DNA from: Candidatus Saccharimonadota bacterium
GTDB lineage: Bacteria > Bacteroidota > Bacteroidia > Cytophagales > Amoebophilaceae
DNA length: 32,000 nt
Direction: 5' to 3'
Assembly (NCBI RefSeq): GCF_964030745.1
Contig: NZ_OZ034918.1
Span: 990,001 to 1,022,000, forward strand
Positions within the stretch are counted from its first letter, which is position 1, and every line of letters begins with the position of its first letter. Positions 25,818 through 32,000 of the stretch are shown piece by piece. The translations under genes were made by a program, and so were the position numbers. A model generated the notes under the pieces. That model saw only the letters and a list, made by a program, of their open reading frames with translations. It made no database searches and was not told where the DNA came from.

Positions 25818-26822
25818 TTAGAATTTGAATGGAAGCTCTTTTAATATTTTTTCAAAACGGTCTACTGTTTCAGTTAAACTTAAATGGGAAATACCTCCTG
25901 CAGCATTTTTATGCCCTCCACCATTAAAGTATTTTTTTGCAATTAAGTTAGCTGGCAGCTCACCAACAGATCGAAGGGAAAGATATACCATATCATCTTT
26001 TTCCTTTAACACAGCAGCTAGCGATATTCCTTTTAGCGAAAGTGCATAGTCTACTAACCCTTCTGTATCGCCACTCTTTAAATCGTACCTTTTATAATCG
26101 TCTTTTTGAATAACAAAGTAGGCTACGCGTAGTGCTGGTAGTACAACCAAACGCTGGCTCACTGCAAAGCTAAAAAAATGAAGCCTATTGAGTGGTTTGT
26201 TGTCATAAATAAGCCGTTGTATGCTAAAGGCATCTACGCCATATTCTATTAAATCTGCTGCAATACGATGGGTTATAGGCCTGGTATTTGGATTTTTAAA
26301 GGAGTTGGTATCGGTTACAAGACCGGTATACAAACAAGTGGCAACGGGTAGGGTTATTTTGTCTTTTTGGCCTAATGCTTCAAAAATTTGAAACAATACC
26401 TCTGCACTAGCAGCTGCTTTAGGGTCCCATAATAACAGATTGGCAAAATTTTCCGGCTCTGTGTGATGGTCAATGATAATCTTAAACAGATCAGGTTGTT
26501 TCAAGATATATGCCCATTCATCTAAACGGCTAGCAGTAGAAAAATCTACACAAAAAAGCAGATCCATGTCCTTTATTTGCGCCAATAGGGCTTCTTGTGT
26601 GTGGTGGGCAGCTACTACTACAGTATCTATTGCCGGTAGCCACGATAGAAAAGTAGGATATTCGGTTGGCGCAATTACATGAACGGAATGTCCTTGTGCC
26701 CTTAGAAATAAAGCCAAAGCCAACGAAGTTCCAAGTGCATCCCCATCAGGTCTGGCATGCATGACCACTGCAATCTGCTTAGGACTAGCTAATTGTTCTT
26801 TTAGAATAGATATATCGTACAT
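25818..26822 (-). CDS. nrnA: DHH-family phosphoesterase (NrnA-type oligoribonuclease / pAp phosphatase)
   Basis: Motifs HARPDGDALGTSLAL, IIIDHH, and DHHA1 GGGHKNAAGG. The start is set at ATG 26822 (MYDISILKEQL...), not at the longest ORF start (26888). Confidence 0.85.
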   Translation of the reverse strand: MYDISILKEQLASPKQIAVVMHARPDGDALGTSLALALFLRAQGHSVHVIAPTEYPTFLSWLPAIDTVVVAAHHTQEALLAQIKDMDLLFCVDFSTASRLDEWAYILKQPDLFKIIIDHHTEPENFANLLLWDPKAAASAEVLFQIFEALGQKDKITLPVATCLYTGLVTDTNSFKNPNTRPITHRIAADLIEYGVDAFSIQRLIYDNKPLNRLHFFSFAVSQRLVVLPALRVAYFVIQKDDYKRYDLKSGDTEGLVDYALSLKGISLAAVLKEKDDMVYLSLRSVGELPANLIAKKYFNGGGHKNAAGGISHLSLTETVDRFEKILKELPFKF

Positions 26823-26893
26823 ATACAGGCAATCTAATAAAAATTTATGATATGGAAAAATGAGCGTATCTCTACCAACATGGACCAATCAGC

Positions 26894-28660
26894 TTATTCG
26901 ATCTTATACCTTTCATCCCTAACTTCTGCCAATGCTTCCATAGCAGTACTGATGTAATAGGTTTGCATCCATCGTTCTATCTGACCTATCTGGGTGTGAT
27001 GATTTTCTTGAATGGCTGTTTGATCTTTGCTTTTTACATAAGCAAGGTAAATGCCTGTATCATCAATAATCGGATCACTGATTATATTTAAGCCTAAGCC
27101 AAAACATTTACCTATAAAGGCATGAGCTTTTTTGAGATGAGGGGCATCATTTTCTAAAAAGTGTAACCGTTCTATCGATTGTACGGTTATATCTTGACCA
27201 TATTGTTCTGCTATACCCTGGAGGGTAGTAGCTTCAATTTGTTTTAGCTTATCCAAAATAATTTTGGATTTTTCTTGATGGAGTACTTTTTGATATACTT
27301 TTCGAAAAACTGAATCTAAAGGAACCAAATCACCTGCTTTTACTTGGTCTACCATAACAGCCAATAGATAAACATTCCCTAAGTCAAAAAGCGGAGAAAT
27401 TTTACCTATACGTCCCTCATTGTACAACCAGCGTACTACCTTTCGGCCATTTGTATGGGATCCGATAGAGCCATCAGATGGTGCAACAGTTTCTTGTTGA
27501 ATGGATAGGTTCGCATCGGTAGCTAATCTATCGAAGTCAACTGTTTTTTTTACGCTACCAGTAAGCTGTTGTACCTTCCTAAAATGCTTATTTCGTGTAT
27601 GGTCACTAACCATAGCCTTTTTCTCAATGACTGCAATTTCATAATTACCTTTCTCTTCTTGAACCAACTTATAGATGATATGAAAGGAATCGCCAGCAAT
27701 GGGGCCTACCACCATCCCTTTTTTTAAGGTGTGCTTTATAGTGGTAAAAGCAGTAGGAAGTGTCTCCGTTGTGCAGACCAAGCGGGTAGCTGAAAGATTG
27801 CCATCTGTATGTTGTTTGGCAAAGGCATAAGGATCGGTAGTAGTGGCAAATTGCGCTGTAAGGGAGGTGAGTGCTTTTTGAAAATCTGCATTATCCTTTT
27901 CATCTGGTTGAATGGGGAAAGTAATATACTTAATGGTTCTGCTTTCTGATAAAGCTGTATAGTGGCTTTTGTGGGCAACCATGTAATCCAGTAGTTGCTG
28001 GTTGGTCAGCCGCACTACATCATTTTTAATGGAATGAAAAGGAATGTGTAGATAATCCACATTACAAAACAGACTGGCATGTACTGCAGTTTGCGCTGTT
28101 TCTAATGTGGTCGTAAAGCAACTTTGTATCATAAGTTGACGCAATTTCTCTTTGGCTCTTTCTAGTGCAAGTTCTTTTTCCACTTGACACCACCACTCTT
28201 GTTGACTTTTAGATAAATTGCTCAGGTAAGTCAATAATTTTTGTTTATCAAACGCATTTGTTTTGGGATCTTTAAAAGCATGCTTAAGTTTTGCATCAAT
28301 ATGTTCTCCCTGTACCAAGTCGATTAGTTCTTGGGTGCCTACCGTAAGGCCGGCTTGATCTATTTCTCTGATATAAAGCATGTTTTCAACTAATTTAGAC
28401 CATGCATAGTCACGAATTTGGTCTTCTGTTGCTTGTTGATTATTTTGCCTGGAGAGATTATGCTGGATGGTTTCATAAACTTTACGGTAATCGATATAAC
28501 TGATTTTTTTACCAGATAATTTGCCAATTGTACCTTTACTACTAAAAAGATAGGGCACTACACGTGCCAGTTCACCACCTAAAAACATGATCACCAAAAA
28601 GGCTATGACTATCACTACAAAAGTATTGCCACTTTTTCTAATATTTCCAAGAATTGCCAT
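26894..28660 (-). CDS. ppiD: PpiD-like periplasmic chaperone / parvulin-type PPIase (membrane anchored)
   Basis: 588-aa ORF with the PpiD-typical N-terminus MAILGNIRKSGNTFVVIVIAFLVIMF (TM anchor) and a SurA-N-like region. The central parvulin-like segment ...LKKGMVVGPIAGDSFHIIYKL looks degenerate. Confidence 0.7.
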   Translation of the reverse strand: MAILGNIRKSGNTFVVIVIAFLVIMFLGGELARVVPYLFSSKGTIGKLSGKKISYIDYRKVYETIQHNLSRQNNQQATEDQIRDYAWSKLVENMLYIREIDQAGLTVGTQELIDLVQGEHIDAKLKHAFKDPKTNAFDKQKLLTYLSNLSKSQQEWWCQVEKELALERAKEKLRQLMIQSCFTTTLETAQTAVHASLFCNVDYLHIPFHSIKNDVVRLTNQQLLDYMVAHKSHYTALSESRTIKYITFPIQPDEKDNADFQKALTSLTAQFATTTDPYAFAKQHTDGNLSATRLVCTTETLPTAFTTIKHTLKKGMVVGPIAGDSFHIIYKLVQEEKGNYEIAVIEKKAMVSDHTRNKHFRKVQQLTGSVKKTVDFDRLATDANLSIQQETVAPSDGSIGSHTNGRKVVRWLYNEGRIGKISPLFDLGNVYLLAVMVDQVKAGDLVPLDSVFRKVYQKVLHQEKSKIILDKLKQIEATTLQGIAEQYGQDITVQSIERLHFLENDAPHLKKAHAFIGKCFGLGLNIISDPIIDDTGIYLAYVKSKDQTAIQENHHTQIGQIERWMQTYYISTAMEALAEVRDERYKIE

Positions 28661-28773
28661 TTATATACATCATTTAAATTTAGACCTAATCTGGGTAAGC
28701 TGCACCCAGCATAACTACGAATTTACCGCCTAATGAGATAGAATCAAAATAGCGGCTACCTGGCCAGTGGTGG

Positions 28774-29247
28774 TTACTTCAATAGTCCCTTGCGTTGCAG
28801 TACAGTTGTAAAAAATTTGATCTCATTATCTCCATGAAAGATTTTAAATGGAAGGTAAAAAAACTGCACCTTAGATAATACCAATAGAAAATATCCCTTT
28901 TTTTTATAGGCCTTTGTAATTTCTATCCATGGTATGGGCATCGTTTGCTTGGTATTGAGCTGCATCATTATATGTTGATTATTGATTTCATAAGCTACGC
29001 GCTCAAACATAGGACGACTGCTATCTAGCTGGGTGAGTCCATAGAATTGAATCACCCAAAAAATTAGATAACAGATCAAACCTATTATACCAATTACCAC
29101 AAACCAGATCGTTCTTATAAAGAAGGTGCTGCTCATAAAAAGCGCCAGAATGGGAAAAATCCACCATTGCATGCGTAAAATATTTTGCATGCCTAATTTT
29201 ACATACAGGCTGCTCGACATTTTATACTTTTTTGTTTTGACAATCAT
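28774..29247 (-). CDS. YcxB-like small membrane protein
   Basis: 157-aa ORF with two central TM helices and a C-terminal pattern IPWIEITKAYKKKGYFLLVLSKVQFFYLPFKIF....FFTTVLQRK, reminiscent of the YcxB family. The assignment is from memory only. Confidence 0.45.
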   Translation of the reverse strand: MIVKTKKYKMSSSLYVKLGMQNILRMQWWIFPILALFMSSTFFIRTIWFVVIGIIGLICYLIFWVIQFYGLTQLDSSRPMFERVAYEINNQHIMMQLNTKQTMPIPWIEITKAYKKKGYFLLVLSKVQFFYLPFKIFHGDNEIKFFTTVLQRKGLLK

Positions 29248-29291
29248 AATATTTGAATGCTAATTTTATAAAAGCCTGGTTGGCTAGACGA

Positions 29292-29436
29292 TTAGCCCCC
29301 TTGTCGAAAGCTATTTGTGATGAGCAGGTTTTAGGAGAAGCGCAGTCGAGCACCGCAGCATACTAAATGTATGTGAGGAGCATAGACCAGTTTCGACACC
29401 AAAATTGCCATTAGAAATAGGTTTCGAAAAGGGGCT
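29292..29436 (+). repeat. MITE-like palindromic repeat, copy C
   Basis: tagcccccttgtcgaaagctatttgtgatgagcaggttttaggagaagcgcagtcgagcaccgcagcatactaaatgtatgtgaggagcatagaccagtttcgacaccaaaattgccattagaaataggtttcgaaaaggggcta. The arms are inverted repeats of about 45 nt, and the core is about 90% identical to copy A. Confidence 0.8.
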
Positions 29437-29544
29437 ATTGTTTTTTGCTTAAAACACCCGATGAATATAGTGATTTTACCCATAACTTAACTATATTGCC
29501 TGCGTTTAGTTATCACGATGAGTTGACCATAAAGTCTAGAATCT

Positions 29545-30954
29545 ATGTTTGCTATGTTACCATTATTATCCCATAAACCTGCTATGGATATCCTATCCAA
29601 TGGAGGTCATCATGGCATTGCTGCAGCTAGTAGCCCAATGGCTCCTCCATTTTGGCTCGCGTTGCCTTTTATACTTTTGTTATTGATGATTGCTACTGCT
29701 CCCCTTTTTTTTGCTGATTTTTGGCATAAGCATTACCCTAAAATAGCCATATTGTTGGCTGCATTTGTAATGGGTTACTATTGTATCGTGTTAAAAAACA
29801 CGATGAAGCCTATAGAAGCAGCGGCCGAATATATACAGTTTATGGCTTTAATCACTGCCTTGTATATTGCAACTGGTGGTATTGCTATTAAAGTAGATGC
29901 ACGTGCTACCCCGCTGGCCAATATGATTTTACTCTTTTTAGGAGCCTTATCTGCTAACGTAATTGGTACAACGGGTGCTTCTATGCTTTTTATCCGACCT
30001 TATTTAGGCTTAAATAAAGGTCGTATTAAGGCTTACCATATTGTCTTTTTTATCTTTATAGTTAGTAATATAGGAGGCGCATTAACCCCTATTGGAGATC
30101 CTCCCTTGTTTCTGGGCTTTCTTAAAGGGGTCCCTTTTAAATGGACTTTGTTACACAATAGCCTCCCTTGGATGGTGATGCTTTTGATGCTGTTATCTAT
30201 TTTTTACTTTTTTGAGCGCAACAATAAGATGGCCTTGGATGGTAATCCTTACCAAGGACGCATTTCTATTGCAGGCAGTAAAAACATTATTTGGTTGGTG
30301 ATGATTATTGGCGCGGTCTTTTTAGATCCAACGATTTTTCCTTGGTTGCCTACTATTAATTACCATGGCCATCCCATTTCTTGTATACGTGAGTTGATCA
30401 TGCTAAGCATAGCCACCATTGCTTATTATACTACCAACAAGGAGCTGTTGCTGGCAAATGGATTTAGTTTTGCCCCTTTAAATGAGGTTTGTTTAATCTT
30501 TATAGGTATTTTTGGTACCATGATCCCAGCACTGGAATTAATTGGTAGCTTTGCTGCATCTGAAATAGGCAAACAGTTGATTACGCCTACTACTTTATAC
30601 TGGGGGACGGGGATCTTTTCCTCTATTTTGGATAATGCACCTACCTATCTCAACTTTGTAGCGGCTAGTATGGCGGCACAAGGGGCCAATATTGAAGTGG
30701 TGGCCAATGTGCAAGCATATGCAGCAGGAGGCATCTATCCTGATTCAGTCATTCGATTAAGCGCAATTGCTTTGGCTTCTGTTTTTTTTGGTGCTATGAC
30801 CTATATTGGCAATGGTCCTAACTTTATGGTTAAAGCGATTGCTGAGCAGGCAGGCATCACCATGCCTTCTTTTGGGAAGTATATCTTTCGGTTTTCTATG
30901 CCTATTTTGCTTCCTTTGCTTTTTATGATTTGGGTCTTTTTCTTTGCATTGTAA
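29545..30954 (+). CDS. ArsB/NhaD-superfamily permease (annotated in relatives as a sodium:proton antiporter)
   Basis: 469-aa polytopic ORF with roughly 11-12 hydrophobic segments. The architecture and blocks such as GGALTPIGDPPLFLGF and SSILDNAPTYL resemble this permease superfamily. Substrate is unknown. Confidence 0.55.
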   Translation: MFAMLPLLSHKPAMDILSNGGHHGIAAASSPMAPPFWLALPFILLLLMIATAPLFFADFWHKHYPKIAILLAAFVMGYYCIVLKNTMKPIEAAAEYIQFMALITALYIATGGIAIKVDARATPLANMILLFLGALSANVIGTTGASMLFIRPYLGLNKGRIKAYHIVFFIFIVSNIGGALTPIGDPPLFLGFLKGVPFKWTLLHNSLPWMVMLLMLLSIFYFFERNNKMALDGNPYQGRISIAGSKNIIWLVMIIGAVFLDPTIFPWLPTINYHGHPISCIRELIMLSIATIAYYTTNKELLLANGFSFAPLNEVCLIFIGIFGTMIPALELIGSFAASEIGKQLITPTTLYWGTGIFSSILDNAPTYLNFVAASMAAQGANIEVVANVQAYAAGGIYPDSVIRLSAIALASVFFGAMTYIGNGPNFMVKAIAEQAGITMPSFGKYIFRFSMPILLPLLFMIWVFFFAL

Positions 30955-30997
30955 ACCAATAAGGGTCTTTCTGGGATCATAGCTATACATCATCGAA

Positions 30998-31750
30998 ATG
31001 GGGAAAATAGTGCGCAGGATGGTCGCTTTGTTTTTAACGATTGGTCTATGCTTATCGCTATTATGGGCGCAAAAAAAGCATGCTGCTTTGGTATGCCAGG
31101 AGATAGCAATCGTTATCAAGGACCATGCAGGCCAGTCTTTGATACGCTCCAAAGAGATAATAGATCTGTTGCAATCCACCCATACCATTTCTTTACAAAA
31201 AACACTGCTCAAAAATATTGATGCGTATGCCATACAACAGCAGCTTAAAAGCCACCCGCTTGTAAAAAAGGTATTGGTCTATAAAACTTGGCGTGGTACT
31301 TTAACCATTTGGTTGGCAACCAAATGTTTGATTGCTCGTATTGTTAGACCTCTTTCAAACCCTAATGATATACCCTGCTACCTGGATGAACAAGGTGGCT
31401 TGATAGCAGCCAAAGGACTGCCCCTACTTCGACTACTTGTTGTAACCGATGACCATATAGTTGCAGCGCACAAAAGGTTATACGATCACGACTTGTTGGT
31501 ATTGTTGCAATATATTTATCAGGATCCATTTTGGAGGGGTCAGATTACAAGTTTGCAGGTAGATGCTACTGGCAAAATCATACTTGGCACACAAGTAGGG
31601 GGGCATCAAGTAATATTTGGAAAGGCAGCGCGCATAGAGGAAAAATTTGAGAAATTATGGCTTTTCTATAGCCAGGTTATTCCTTATAAGGGGTGGAAAG
31701 CTTACCGTTGTGTAAATGTAGCCTTTGAAGGCCAATTGATTTGTACCTGA
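30998..31750 (+). CDS. ftsQ: Cell division protein FtsQ/DivIB-like (single N-terminal TM plus POTRA-like region)
   Basis: 250-aa ORF with the N-terminal anchor MVALFLTIGLCLSLLW. The C-terminal pattern ...FGKAARIEEKFEKLWLFYSQVIPYKGWKAYRCVNVAFEGQLIC is typical of Bacteroidota FtsQ, from memory. Confidence 0.6.
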   Translation: MGKIVRRMVALFLTIGLCLSLLWAQKKHAALVCQEIAIVIKDHAGQSLIRSKEIIDLLQSTHTISLQKTLLKNIDAYAIQQQLKSHPLVKKVLVYKTWRGTLTIWLATKCLIARIVRPLSNPNDIPCYLDEQGGLIAAKGLPLLRLLVVTDDHIVAAHKRLYDHDLLVLLQYIYQDPFWRGQITSLQVDATGKIILGTQVGGHQVIFGKAARIEEKFEKLWLFYSQVIPYKGWKAYRCVNVAFEGQLICT

Positions 31751-31757
31751 ATCGATA

Positions 31758-32000
31758 TTAAAAAAGGGTAAGGAGTGGGGTTTTCCTCGGTAGTTTTTCA
31801 GCCAATCGGTCAGACCAGGATGCTATCTTAAAAATTTTATGACGCGCAGTAGCACCACCTACTAAGGTAATATTGCTTTTGGCTATATTCAATGTTTTGG
31901 CCAATAGCGCTATAATCGCCTTATTGGCTTTACCTTCTTGAGCAGGCGCCATAACACGAAGTTCTAGTATATATTTCCCTCCTTCTTGTATCCAGCCTTC
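31758..32000 (-). CDS. DUF167 (YggU-family) protein, 5'-partial; the N-terminus runs off the window end
   Basis: The frame stays open upstream of the Met at 31952 to position 32000 (EGWIQEGGKYILELRVMAPAQEGKANKAIIALLAKTLNIAKSNITLVGGATARHKIFKI). The EGKAN...L.....V..G..SR.K block is the DUF167 signature. Confidence 0.7.
   Translation of the reverse strand, partial: EGWIQEGGKYILELRVMAPAQEGKANKAIIALLAKTLNIAKSNITLVGGATARHKIFKIASWSDRLAEKLPRKTPLLTLF

Noticed and set aside
1158-29436. Possibility that the repeated ~140-bp units are a CRISPR array or its remnants
   Set aside because: The copies are 13-15 kb apart, in different orientations, much longer than CRISPR repeats and internally palindromic over more than 100 nt. 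There is no repeat-spacer periodicity or cas gene in the window.
30757-31233. 158-aa minus-strand ORF spanning the permease 3' end and the ftsQ 5' end
   Set aside because: It runs antisense to two better-supported genes and across their intergenic gap. Its composition is typical of a shadow ORF.

Overview
This window looks like chromosomal DNA from an AT-rich Bacteroidota lineage with signs of genome decay. The evidence is rpsL-rpsG-fusA-rpsJ with no tuf, TAnnTTTG-type promoter boxes, IS debris and broken conserved operons. An intracellular symbiont of the Cardinium/Amoebophilus type is my guess only. Most of the window is recognisable housekeeping: der (partial), rmlD, rpsJ/fusA/rpsG/rpsL, a rhomboid-like protein, an SSS transporter, murD, a CPBP protease, ruvB, yebC, rnr, ybeY, a PlsB-like acyltransferase plus gpsA, an ABC exporter, an FKBP PPIase, nrnA, ppiD, an ArsB/NhaD-type permease, ftsQ and a DUF167 gene (partial). 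I found no rRNA, tRNA or CRISPR array. The non-housekeeping content is as follows. (1) A MITE-like palindromic repeat family of about 140-170 bp has three copies (1158-1296, 14434-14600, 29292-29436), and its termini resemble those of an internally deleted IS5-like element at 8345-8939. (2) An apparently intact Rpn/YhgA-type PD-(D/E)XK nuclease gene sits directly after rpsJ, where rplC and the rest of the S10 operon are expected. (3) An AT-rich accessory patch (6504-9073) holds an orphan lipoprotein and IS debris. (4) A 138-bp extended hairpin lies at 11709-11846. (5) A second orphan lipoprotein carries an internal duplication. (6) Two core proteins have unusual residues: S12 carries streptomycin-resistance-type substitutions, and the rhomboid homologue lacks the catalytic His. 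I do not see a convincing multi-gene novel system. The best candidates for follow-up are the Rpn nuclease embedded in the ribosomal operon and the MITE/IS relationship.
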